Positions 11,716 to 23,104 of a stretch of 63,488 nt of DNA are shown here, piece after piece (position 1 is the stretch's first letter; each line of letters begins with the position of its first letter). The DNA is taken from the NCBI GenBank assembly GCA_032718475.1, contig JAUCBJ010000480.1, positions 1-63,488 of the forward strand, in the 5' to 3' direction. Below the pieces are notes generated by a model. That model saw nothing but the letters and a program-made list of their open reading frames with translations, had not been told where the DNA came from and did not search any database. Position numbers and translations under genes: made by a program. The stretch is from Nemertoderma westbladi (taxonomy: Eukaryota; Animalia; Xenacoelomorpha).

Positions 11716-11964
11716 GTCCTTGTATTAAACCGCTTGTTGAACTTGCCGCCAAGGAGGTGGCCCGCCACTTCCCGTTCGAGGTCGTCGAGAAGGTTTACCC
11801 AACGATCCCGGAACAGTTGCAACTCCGTATCGCCTACTGGAGCTTCCCGACCTGCGCCGAGGATATCCGACTCTACAGCTGTCTGGCCAACGGAAACGCC
11901 GAGGAATATATACGGGGGGACAACTTCCTCAATAACAAAGGCGTTAGGGATGTCATACAAATAG
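11716..11964 (+). CDS. ZSWIM8: ZSWIM8 coding exon (BC-box/cullin-box region)
   Basis: ttttgcag| acceptor and ATAG|gtaaga donor. Translates PCIKPLVELAAKEVARHFPFEVVEKVYPTIPEQLQLRIAYWSFP...DIRLYSCLANG...DVIQI(G). Confidence 0.95.
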   Translation, partial: VLVLNRLLNLPPRRWPATSRSRSSRRFTQRSRNSCNSVSPTGASRPAPRISDSTAVWPTETPRNIYGGTTSSITKALGMSYK

Positions 11965-14040
11965 GTAAGATCTCATACAAATAGGTAAGATCTCATACAA
12001 ATAGGTAAGTTCTCATACAAATAGGTAAGTTCTCATACAAATAGGTAAGTTCTCATACAAATAGGTAAGTTCTCATACAAATATGTAAGTTCTCATACAA
12101 ATAGGTAAGTTCTCATACAAATAGGTAAGTTCTCATACAAATAGTTAAGATCTCATACAAATAGGTAAGATCTCATACAAATAGGTAAGTTCTCATACAA
12201 ATAGGTAAGTTCTCATACAAATAGGTAAGTTCTCATACAAATAGGTAAGTTCTCATACAAATAGTTAAGATCTCATACAAATAGGTAAGATCTCATACAA
12301 ATAGGTAAGTTCTCATACAAATAGGTAAGTTCACATACAAATAGGTAAGTTCTCATACAAATAGGTAAGTTCTCATACAAATAGGTAAGTTCTCATACAA
12401 ATAGGTAAGTTCTCATACAAATAGGTAAGTTCTCATACAAATAGGTAAGTTCTCATACAAATAGGTAAGTTCTCATACAAATAGTTAAGATCTCATACAA
12501 ATAGGTAAGTTCTCATACAAATAGGTAAGTTCTCATACAAATAGGTAAGATCTCATACAAATAGGTAAGTTCTCATACAAATAGGTAAGTTATCATACAA
12601 ATAGTTAAGATCTCATACAAATAGGTAAGTTCTCATACAAATAGGTAAGTTATCATACAAATAGGTAATTTCTCATACAAATAGGTAAGTTCTCATACAA
12701 ATAGTTAAGATCTCATACAAATAGGTAAGTTCTCATACAAATAGGTAAGTTATCATACAAATAGGTAATTTCTCATACAAATAGGTAAGTTCTTATACAA
12801 ATAGGTAATTTCTCATACTAATAGGTAAGTTCCCATACAAATAGGTAAGTTCTTATACAAATAGGTAAGTTCTCATACAAATAGGTAAGTTCTCATACAA
12901 ATAGGTAAGTTCTCATACAAATAGGTAAGTTCTCATACAAATAGGTAAGTTATCATACAAATAGGTAAGTTCTCATACAAATAGGTAAGTTATCATACAA
13001 ATAGGTAATTTCTCATACAAATAGGTAAGTTCTTATACAAATAGGTAATTTCTCATACAAATAGGTAAGTTCTCATACAAATAGGTAAGTTCTCATACAA
13101 ATAGGTAAGTTCTCATACAAATAGGTAAGTTCTTATACAAATAGGTAATTTCTCATACAAATAGTTAAGATCTCATACTAATAGGTATGTTCTTATACAA
13201 ATAGGTAATTTATCATACAAATAGGTAAGTTATCATACAAATAGGTAAGATCTCATACAAATAGGTAAGATCTCATACAAATAGGTAAGTTCTTAAAGAA
13301 ATAGGTAAGTTCTTATGCATATCGGTAAGTTCTTATACAAATCGATAAGTTATTATACAAATAGGTAAGTTCTTAAACAATTCGGTAAGTTCTTAAACAA
13401 TTCGGTAAGTTATTATACAAATCGGTAAGTTCTTATACAAATCGGTAAGTTCTTAAACAATTCGGTAAGTTCTTACACAAATAGGTAAGTTCTTATACAA
13501 AAGGTAAAGTTCTTATACGAATAGCTAAGTTCTTATAAAAATAGGTAAGTTCTCATACAAATCGGTAAGTTCTTATATAAATCGGTAAGTTCTTAAACAA
13601 TTCGGTAAGTTCTTACACAAATAGGTAAGTTCTTATACAAAAGGTAAAGTTCTTATACGAATAGCTAAGGTCTTATAAAAATAGGTAAGTTCTCATACAA
13701 ATAGGTAAGTTATTATACAAATCGGTAAGTTATTATACAAATCGGTAAGTTCTTATACAAATCGGTAAGTTCTTAAACAATTCGGTAAGTTCTTACACAA
13801 ATAGGTAAGTTCTTATACAAAAGGTAAAGTTCTTATACGAATAGCTAAGTTCTTATAAAAATAGGTAAGTTCTCATACAAATAGGTAAGTTCTTACACAA
13901 ATATATAGGTAAGTTGCTAAGTTCTTATACAAATAGGTAACGTTCTTATACAAATCGGTAAGTTATCATACAAATAGGTAAGTTCTTACACAAATTGATA
14001 CGTTCTTATACAAATAGGCAAAGTTATTATACAAATACGT
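11953..14040 (+). repeat. 20-bp tandem satellite TCTCATACAAATAGGTAAGT (~100 copies) containing the exon end and 5' splice site
   Basis: Exact 20-nt periodicity. The first unit overlaps the last ~12 nt of the exon, and units degrade after ~13300. Confidence 0.97.
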
Positions 14041-14055
14041 ATACATGTGTGATTT

Positions 14056-16622
14056 TGTAATACAAGAGTAGAAAAGCTCACAGTTTTTGGCAATGTCGAG
14101 GTTACCTGTAATACAAGAGTAGAAAAGCTCACAGTTTTTGCCAATGTCGAGGGTACCCGAGTAGAAAAGCTCACCGATTTTGGCAATGTCGAGGTTACCC
14201 TGTAATACAACAGTTGTAGAAAAGCTCACAGTTTTTGGCAATGTCGAGGTTACCCTGTAATACAACAGTTGTAGAAAAGCTCACAGTTTTTGGCAATGTC
14301 GAGGTTACCCTGTAATACAACAGTTGTAGAAAAGCTCACAGTTTTTGGCAATGTCGAGGTTACCTGTAATACAAGAGTAGAAAAGCTCACAGTATTTGGC
14401 AATGTCGATGTTACCTATAATACAAGCGTAGAAAAGCTCACAGTTTTTGGCAATGTCGAGGTTACCTGTAATACAAGAGTAGAAAAGCTCACAGTATTTG
14501 GCAATGTCGAGGTTACCTGTGATACAAGACCCTGTCATATAAGAGTAGAAACACTCACAGTTTTTGGCAATGTCTAGGTTACCTGTAATACAAGAGTAGA
14601 ACAGCTCACAGATTTTGACAATGTCGATGTTATCTGTAATACAAGAGTAGAAAAGCTCACAGTTTTTGGCAATGTCGAGGTTACCTGTAAAACAAGAGTA
14701 GAAAAGCTCACAGTTTTTTTGCAATGTCGAGGTTACCTGTAATACAAGAGTAGAAAAGCTCACAGTTTTTGGCAATGTCGAGGTTACCTGTAAAACAAGA
14801 GTAGAAAAGCTCACAGTTTTGGGCATTGTCGAGGTTACCTGTAATACAAGAGTAGAAAAGCTCACAGTTTTGGGCATTGTCGAGGTTACCTGTAATACAA
14901 GAGTAGAAAAGCTCACAGTTTTTGGCAATGTCGAGGTTACCCTGTAATACAACAGTTGTAGAAAAGCTCACGGTTTTTGGCAATGTCGAGGTTACCTGTA
15001 ATACAAGAGTAGAAAAGCTCACAGTATTTGGCAATGTCGAGGTTACCCTGTAATACAAGGAGTAGAAAAGCTCACGGTTTTTGGCAATGTCGAGGTCACC
15101 ATGTAATACAAGAGTAGAAAAGCTCACAGTTTTTGGCAATGTCGAGGTTACCCTGTAACACAAGAGTAGAAAAGCTCACAGTTTTTGGCAATGTCGAGGT
15201 CACCCTATAATACAAGAGTAGAAACACTCACAGTTTTTGGCAATGTCGAGGTTACCTGTAATAAAAGAGTAGAAAAGCTCACAGTTTTTTGGCAATGTCG
15301 AGGTTACCTGTAATACAAGAGTAGAAAAGCTCACAGTTTTTGGCAATGTCGAGGTTACCTGTAATACAAGAGTAGAAAAGCTCACAGTATTTGGCAATGT
15401 CGAGGTTACCCTGTAATACAAGGAGTAGAAAAGCTCACGGTTTTTGGCAATGTCGAGGTCACCATGTAATACAAGAGTAGAAAAGCTCACAGTTTTTGGC
15501 AATGTCGAGGTTACCCTGTAACACAAGAGTAGAAAAGCTCACAGTTTTTGGCAATGTCGAGGTTACCTGTAATACAAGAGTAGAAAAGCTCACAGTATTT
15601 GGCAATGTCGAGGTTACCCTGTAATACAAGAGTAGAAAAGCTCACAGTTTTTGGCAATGTCGAGGTTACCCTGTAATACAACAGTTGTAGAAAAGCTCAC
15701 GGTTTTTGGCAATGTCGAGGTTACCTGTAATACAAGAGTAGAAAAGCTCACAGTTTTTGGCAATGTCGAGGTTACCTGTAATACAAGAGTAGAAAAGCTC
15801 ACAGTATTTGGCAATGTCGAGGTTACCCTGTAATACAAGAGTAGAAAAGCTCACAGTTTTTGGCAATGTCGAGGTTACCCTGTAATACAACAGTTGTAGA
15901 AAAGCTCACGGTTTTTGGCAATGTCGAGGTTACCTGTAATACAAGAGTAGAAAAGCTCACAGTTTTTGGCAATGTCGAGGTTACCCTGTAATACAACAGT
16001 TGTAGAAAAGCTCACGGTTTTTGGCAATGTCGAGGTCACCATGTAATACAAGAGTAGAAAAGCTCACAGTTTTTGGCAATGTCGAGGTTACCCTGTAATA
16101 CAACAGTTGTAGAAAAGCTCACGGTTTTTGGCAATGTCGAGGTTACCTGTAATACAAGAGTAGAAAAGCTCACAGTATTTGGCAATGTCGAGGTTACCCT
16201 GTAATACAAGGAGTAGAAAAGCTCACGGTTTTTGGCAATGTCGAGGTCACCATGTAATACAAGAGTAGAAAAGCTCACAGTTTTTGGCAATGTCGAGGTT
16301 ACCCTGTAACACAAGAGTAGAAAAGCTCACAGTTTTTGGCAATGTCGAGGTTACCTGTAATACAAGAGTAGAAAAGCTCACAGTTGTTGGCAATGTCGAG
16401 GTTACCCTGTAATACAACAGTTGTAGAAAAGCTCACAGTTTTTGGCAATGTCGAGGTTACCCTGTAATACAACAGTTGTAGAAAAGCTCACAGTTTTTGG
16501 CAATGTCGAGGTTACCTGTAATACAAGAGTAGAAAAGCTCACAGTTTTTGGCAATGTCGAGGTTACCTGTAATACAAGAGTTGAAAAGCTCACAGTTTTT
16601 GGCAATGTCGAGGGTACCCTGT
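14056..16622 (+). repeat. ~51-bp tandem satellite (GTAATACAAGAGTAGAAAAGCTCACAGTTTTTGGCAATGTCGAGGTTACCT, ~50 copies)
   Basis: Units of 51-55 nt run to within ~10 nt of the acceptor AG at 16629-16630. Confidence 0.97.
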
Positions 16623-16630
16623 GTTTTCAG

Positions 16631-16796
16631 GATTCCATCTCAGTGGCACCGTGTTTGGACAAGGGATTATGGTTGTTCAAAAAGGCATCTACAATGTTGC
16701 TGTGGTATTCGATAGAAGGCGTATTACCTCGTGCAGTTGCACTTGTCAATCAACAGCGTCCTGGTGCTGCCACGTGGTAGCTCTGTGTCTTTACAG
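16631..16796 (+). CDS. ZSWIM8: ZSWIM8 coding exon (SWIM zinc finger)
   Basis: ttttcag| acceptor and AG|gttagt donor. Translates (G)FHLSGTVF...YNVAVVFDRRRITSCSCTCQSTASWCCHVVALCLY(R), containing the SWIM CxCx(n)CxH motif. Confidence 0.95.
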
Positions 16797-17401
16797 GTTA
16801 GTCACGTGCTTTATATGTCTTTACAATAATAATTGTCCAGTGGCAGAAAGTGTGCTAAAATAATTTCGCAAATTTCTTTAGCGATTATAAGTTTCTCAAT
16901 ATCTTGTCGGTGTATTTGTATGTTGAATGGTTTGTTTGAAAGATCTTTTAAATATCTACATTGTAAGTAACAAATCGCTGATGCATTTATGTAACGCCGA
17001 TAGCTATTTTGAAAAATAGTTTTAGAATTGTATACTTTGGGTGTATCAGTATACTTTGAGGTTAGCTTTAAATACTAAATTGTAGAATCGTATTTCAAGG
17101 AGTGGAAACTTTTTAACCGATGGTGGCTATTGTCAGTAAAGCCATAATTATTCAATGTTGACAGCAACAACGTGTTGGCAAGCTGTATTTTTCGAGGTGT
17201 TTGTTATTATACATTTATTATAGGAAGGGGTCTAGGGGTCTTAACCTCGAATGATAAGTTTATTTTACCGAAAATAACTTATCTTTAATTGGCGCAATTG
17301 TAGGACTAATCCCATCACATGCGTACTTTTTTAACCGGGTAGTGAAAAAATTTAGGAATCGCGTAATTTTTCTTGAAATTAATATCTCATATCTCTCCAA
17401 A

Positions 17402-17442
17402 CCACGTACGCGTTTCGACCTTACTGGGTCTCATCAGCGTGG
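17402..17442 (-). ncRNA. Minimal type I hammerhead ribozyme
   Basis: Minus strand reads CCACG-CUGAUGA-GACC(cagtaa)GGUC-GAA-ACGCGU-A^CGUGG. Stem I is CCACG/CGUGG, the core is intact, stem II is GACC/GGUC, stem III is the palindrome ACGCGU, and the cleavage triplet is GUA. Confidence 0.88.
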
Positions 17443-17500
17443 TGTCGGATTCGAACCTGGGACCTCGAGGTGGAAGCCGAGACTACAACCACTAGGCTAC
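17441..17500 (-). promoter_or_regulatory. tRNA-derived Pol III promoter (A and B boxes), SINE-like head
   Basis: Minus strand GTAGCCTAGTGGTT...GGTCCCAGGTTCGAATCC. There is no proper acceptor stem, so it is not called a tRNA gene. Confidence 0.75.
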
Positions 17501-17900
17501 AGGTTCTTGAGATATGGAGTATTAATTTCAACGTGGTTTGGAGAGATATGAGATATTAATTTCAAGAAAAATTACGCGATTCCTAAATTTGTACACTACC
17601 CGGTTAAAAAGTACGCATGTGATGGGATTATTCCTACAATTGCGCCAATAAAAGATAAGTTATTTTCGGTAAAATAAACTTATCATTCGAGGTTAAGACC
17701 CCTAGACCCCTTCCTATAATAAATGTATAATTATTCAAGGTATATATATATACCTAACCATGAAGAAGTGTCTATACTGACCGGACCCATTGACCGGGCC
17801 CTCTAATTGCCGTATTGAAGCTTTTTGATTTATATTTTACTTGTGTATTATTGACAGGACCCTTATTACCTCAACTTCGTGAGCGGACCCTGATAAGTAA

Positions 17901-20539
17901 TAACTGATAGTTATATTTTTGGTAACTGATAGTTATATTTTTGGTAACTGATAGTTATATTTTTGGTAACTGATAGTTATATTTTTGGTAACTGTTAGTT
18001 ATATTTTTGGTAACTGATAGTTATATTTTTGGTAACTGATAGTTATATTTTTGGTAACTGATAGTTATATTTGTGGTAACTGATAGTTATATTTTTGGTA
18101 ACTGATGGTTATATTTTTGGTACTGAAGTTATATTTTTGGTAACTGATAGTTATATTTTTGGTAACTGATAGTTATATTTTTGGTAACTGATAGTTATAT
18201 TTTTGGTACTGATAGTTACATTTTTGGTAACTGATAGTTATATTTTTGGTACTGATAGTTATATTTTTGGTACTGATAGTTATATTTTTGGTAACTGATA
18301 GTTATATTTTTGGTAACTGATAGTTATATTTTTGGTAACTGATATTTATGTTTTTGGTAACTGATAGTTACATTTTTGGTAACTGATAGTTATATTTTTG
18401 GTAACTGATAGTACATTTTTGGTAACTGATAGTTATATTTTTGGTACTGGTATTTATGTTTTTGGTACTGAAGTTATATTTTTGGTAACTGATAGTTATA
18501 TTTTTGGTAACTGATAGTTATATTTTTGGTAACTGATAGTTATATTTTTGGTACTGATAGTTATATTTTTGGTACTGATAGTTATATTTTTGGTACTGAT
18601 AGTTATATTTTTGGTAACTGATAGTTATATTTGTGGTAACTGATAGTTATATTTTTGGTACTGATAGTTATATTTTTGGTAACTGATAGTTATATTTTTG
18701 GTAACTTATAGTTATATTTTTGGTAACTGATAGTTATATTTTTGGTAACTGATAGTTATATTTTTGGTAACTGATAGTTATATTTTTGGTAACTGATAGT
18801 TATATTTTTGGTAACTGATAGTTATATTTTTGGTAACTGATAGTTATATTATTGGTAACTGATAGTTATATTTTTGGTAACTGATAGTTATATTTTTGGT
18901 AACTGATAGTTATATTTTTGGTAACTGATAGTTATATTTTTGGTAACTGATAGTTATATGTTTGGTAACTGATAGTTATATTTGTGGTAACTGATAGTTA
19001 TATTTTTGGTACTGATAGTTATATTTTTGGTACTGATAGTTATATATTTGGTAACTGATAGTTATATTTTTGGTAACTGATAGCTATATTTTTGGTAACT
19101 GATAGTTATATTTTTGGTAACTGATAGTTATATTTTTGGTAACTGATAGTTATATTTTTGGTAACTGATAGTTATATTTTTGGTAACTGATAGTTATATT
19201 ATTGGTAACTGATAGTTATATTTTTGGTAACTGATAGTTATATTTTTGGTAACTGATAGTTATATTTTTGGTAACTGATAGTTATATTTTTGGTAACTGA
19301 TAGTTATATGTTTGGTAACTGATAGTTATATTTGTGGTAACTGATAGTTATATTTTTGGTACTGATAGTTATATTTTTGGTACTGATAGTTATATTTTTG
19401 GTAACTGATAGTTATATTTTTGGTAATTGATAGCTATATTTTTGGTAACTGATAGTTATATTTTTGGTAACTGATAGTTATATTTTTGGTAACTGATAGT
19501 TATATTTTTGGTAACTGATAGTTATATTTTTGGTAACTGATAGTTATATTTTTGGTAACTGATAGTTATATTTGTGGTAACTGATAGTTATATTTTTGGT
19601 ACTGATAGTTATATTTTTGGTAACTGATAGTTATATTTTTGGTAACTTATAGTTATATTTTTGGTAACTGATAGTTATATTTTTGGTAACTGATAGTTAT
19701 ATTTTTGGTAACTGATAGTTATATTTTTGGTAACTGATAGTTATATTTTTGGTAACTGATAGTTATATTTTTGGTAACTGATAGTTATATTATTGGTAAC
19801 TGATAGTTATATTTTTGGTAACTGATAGTTATATTTTTGGTAACTGATAGTTATATTTTTGGTAACTGATAGTTATATTTTTGGTAACTGATAGTTATAT
19901 GTTTGGTAACTGATAGTTATATTTGTGGTAACTGATAGTTATATTTTTGGTACTGATAGTTATATTTTTGGTACTGATAGTTATATATTTGGTAACTGAT
20001 AGTTATATTTTTGGTAACTGATAGCTATATTTTTGGTAACTGATAGTTATATTTTTGGTAACTGATAGTTATATTTTTGGTAACTGATAGTTATATTTTT
20101 GGTAACTGATAGTTATATTTTTGGTAACTGATAGTTATATTATTGGTAACTGATAGTTATATTTTTGGTAACTGATAGTTATATTTTTGGTAACTGATAG
20201 TTATATTTTTGGTAACTGATAGTTATATTTTTGGTAACTGATAGTTATATGTTTGGTAACTGATAGTTATATTTGTGGTAACTGATAGTTATATTTTTGG
20301 TACTGATAGTTATATTTTTGGTACTGATAGTTATATTTTTGGTAACTGATAGTTATATTTTTGGTAATTGATAGCTATATTTTTGGTAACTGATAGTTAT
20401 ATTTTTGGTAACTGATAGTTATATTTTTGGTAACTGATAGTTATATTTTTGGTAACTGATAGTTATATTTTTGGTAACTGATAGTTATATTTTTGGTAAC
20501 TGATAGTTATATTTTTGGTAACTGATAGTTATATTTTTA
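17901..20539 (+). repeat. 22-bp AT-rich tandem satellite TAACTGATAGTTATATTTTTGG (~120 copies)
   Basis: Direct periodicity of 22 nt with 21-nt variants; variant units recur at 350- and 941-bp spacing. Confidence 0.97.
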
Positions 20540-21019
20540 GTTCTATCTTAAATAGTTAATAGATTTATATCTTCCGACGGCGAATGAATAAACTAAATTA
20601 ACTTTAGTTATAGGACATTGAGTGTTTTGGATAGGAATTTTTTAATTATCATGTTGAAAAATCATGTTGTCCGTCCATAAACTACGTATAAAATTGTATA
20701 CCTTGAATATTCAGTATACCTTGGGGAGTATTATTGTATACCTTGGTCTACAAAATAGATGTTCCTTTAATAACTTTTGACCACATAACTGGCTATAATA
20801 TATTCTGATGTCAGATTCGGAATCAGCATAAAAAATCTATTCTAATGATATACAAAAATCGGAAACGTTGTGCTAAGGGGCGCCTCAAAGCCGATAGTCC
20901 TGAAGAACGTGTTGGGAAATGTAAACATCACTTCAGCTATACTTGCTTGGGCAGCCACCAAACATCGAGGTCAGCCCTACAAGGAAAATATATGCAAGAC
21001 GCTACCTAAGAAACACGGG

Positions 21020-21650
21020 ACTTCACAGCCGCCGAACGCCAAAGAAGCGTGTCCAAGCATAAAGCAAGTGGATTAGATGAAATCCCTGCAGAGGTATGGA
21101 AAACAGGAGTGTGCTAAACAGACAATTATTGGATGTTTGCAATCGGATGCTGAAAGGGGAAAAGCCACCACCAATTTGGACTAAAGTTCAAGTAAAGCCT
21201 CTCGCTGAAAAATGAGACCTCGTTATAGCAACACTCTATCGTGGGATCTGTCTGCTTGTGGTAGATGTTAAAATATACAACAAAATGATTCTATATAGAA
21301 TTTGACCTCACATAGAGAAACTGCTGCGTAAGAGCCAAAACGGATTTCGACCAAGTAGATCAACAATAGCTCAGATACTTGCACTACGGAGACTAATTGA
21401 AGGAATTAAGTCAAAGAATCTCCCCGCAGTCATGACTTTTGTGGACTTCAAGAAGGGATTCGACTCCATCCATAGAGGTAAAATGCTTGAAATCCTAAGA
21501 GCTTATGGAATACTAGAGGTAATTGTGACACAAAAGCTCAGGTACTCTCACCAGGTGGTGAAACTGAGTTATTCTCAATCCTGGCTGGTGTATTGCAAGG
21601 TGACACATTGGCGCCATTACTATTTGTAATTGTACTGGAGTACGCAAATC
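21020..21650 (+). mobile_element. Degenerate RTE-like LINE reverse-transcriptase fragment
   Basis: Broken frames give KASGLDEIPAEVWKTG, YRGICLL, QNGFRPSRST, TFVDFKKGFDSIHRGKM and GVLQGDTLAP. Confidence 0.85.
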
Positions 21651-21979
21651 CCTTGAACACCGAATTGATGAACTGATTGAACACCGCTCGACCTTGTAGT
21701 AGTAGTACTTATATAAAATCTGCCGCGATCCGTTAAAAAAAAATAATTTTTTCACATTTTCTGCCACTTGTATGTGTTTTCCAAGTAATTTCCTGATTGA
21801 AGGCCAGAAAAAAATTCGTTGCGAGGGCGATGCTGGCACCGCAAAGTGTATCGCTGAACGCACTTTATTGTGTCGTCTTCTTTTACGGGCCGTACTTATT
21901 TTATAAGTTTTGGGATATAGAGAAACTCATCCAACTTATGTGAAGCTTTTGATATTATATTTATTTTTCCGTTGTGTAG

Positions 21980-22097
21980 GATTCAATACAGTTGCGAGAT
22001 TTGTCTACGAGCTCCGCTCTCAGAAAGTCTATCGAGGCTTCACAGAGATCAGTTGCAGAAGTTTGCTCAGTACCTTATAGCTGAGCTACCACAGCAG
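21980..22097 (+). CDS. ZSWIM8: ZSWIM8 coding exon
   Basis: gtgtag|G acceptor and CAG|gtgggt donor. Translates (R)IQYSCEICLRAPLSESLSRLHRDQLQKFAQYLIAELPQQ. Not in the ORF track. Confidence 0.93.
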
Positions 22098-22113
22098 GTG
22101 GGTGGGGCTCAAT

Positions 22114-22368
22114 AGTACGTGGTGGTCAGCACTTTAGTACATGTTGGTCAGCACCTTAGTACGTGGTTGTCAACACCTTAGTACGTTGTAGTCTGCACCT
22201 TAGAACGTGTTGGCAGCACCTTAGTACATGTTGGTCAGCACTTTAGTACGTGGTGGCCTGCACCTTGTGAGCACCTTAGTACGTGATGATCAGCACCTTA
22301 GTATGTTGTGGTCAGCACCTTAGTACGTGATGATCAGCACCTTAGTATGTTGTGGTCAGCACCTTAGT
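22114..22368 (+). repeat. Degenerate ~24-bp tandem repeat (GTGGTCAGCACCTTAGTACG core) just after a splice donor
   Basis: About 10-11 imperfect copies of cagcaccttagta. Confidence 0.85.
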
Positions 22369-22528
22369 TTAGTGTCCAACTATGTAGTCTTGCAACTGCA
22401 TATTTACAGGACCTGGCGTGAATCTGTATTTATCTGAATAATTTAAATTTTTATAATAGATAATAGAAATACAATATAGTCCAAAGGAATTCGTTCTATA
22501 GTATATTTTCCCGGGTTTTCATCCGCAG

Positions 22529-22734
22529 CAAATCCTACCCGCCGCACAGCGGCTTCTAGATGAACTGTTGAATAATCACGAGTCCACTATTAACACGGTG
22601 TGCGGCGCTCCTGATCCCACTGCTGGACCCTGTGCAGCAGACCACTCGGCCTGGTGTATGGATGAATCCATGCTGCACGACAACGTTAAGAAGATACTCG
22701 TCCGCTTCTGTGGCCCATCACCAATGGTATTTAG
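22529..22734 (+). CDS. ZSWIM8: ZSWIM8 coding exon
   Basis: ccgcag| acceptor and AG|gttagt donor. Translates QILPAAQRLLDELL...INTVCGAPDPTAGP...FCGPSPMVF(S). Confidence 0.95.
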
Positions 22735-23104
22735 GTTAGTGAAGAACCGACTTAGCACTTTTATTGCACAAGTTCCATTAATAGTGCACAACTTATTAAA
22801 AAACTGGGATGTTTTTTGGCATTAGTGATAGTGAGTTATATTTATTACGCTATATAGTAAGAATAGAATTGTAATAAAATTACTAGGACTTCCATTTTAG
22901 TACACAACACACAAAAACTTTTATAGTTAGTTTAAGGCTATACTGCCTTCACTATAGCCTTCATAATGATCTGTTAAGGGAGCGGCTGCAGAAACAGTTC
23001 CTGTATACCCCCAAAGCACCCTGGACTGACCACAGAATTCGGAAGTGCCAAGAGGATCTCTACTATTATAATCGGCCTTTAATAGTCAATAATAATCAAC
23101 TATG

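Larger units (their letters stand above)
17206..17731. mobile_element. Foldback element: ~200-bp inverted arms around a tRNA-like head plus hammerhead ribozyme (Penelope/retrozyme-like)
   Basis: Arms 17206-17407 and 17531-17731 are near-perfect reverse complements. The loop holds Pol III boxes and a hammerhead core on the - strand. Confidence 0.85.

Noticed and set aside
13966-16780. Many ORFs across the 51-bp array
   Set aside because: Products of repeat periodicity; only 16631-16796 is a real exon.
17441-17500. Possible tRNA-Gly(TCC) gene
   Set aside because: Acceptor and anticodon stems do not pair properly and the 3' end runs into the ribozyme; treated as a SINE-like head.
11953-20539. 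Regular short repeats resembling CRISPR arrays
   Set aside because: No unique spacers, no cas genes, and a eukaryotic intronic context; these are tandem satellites.
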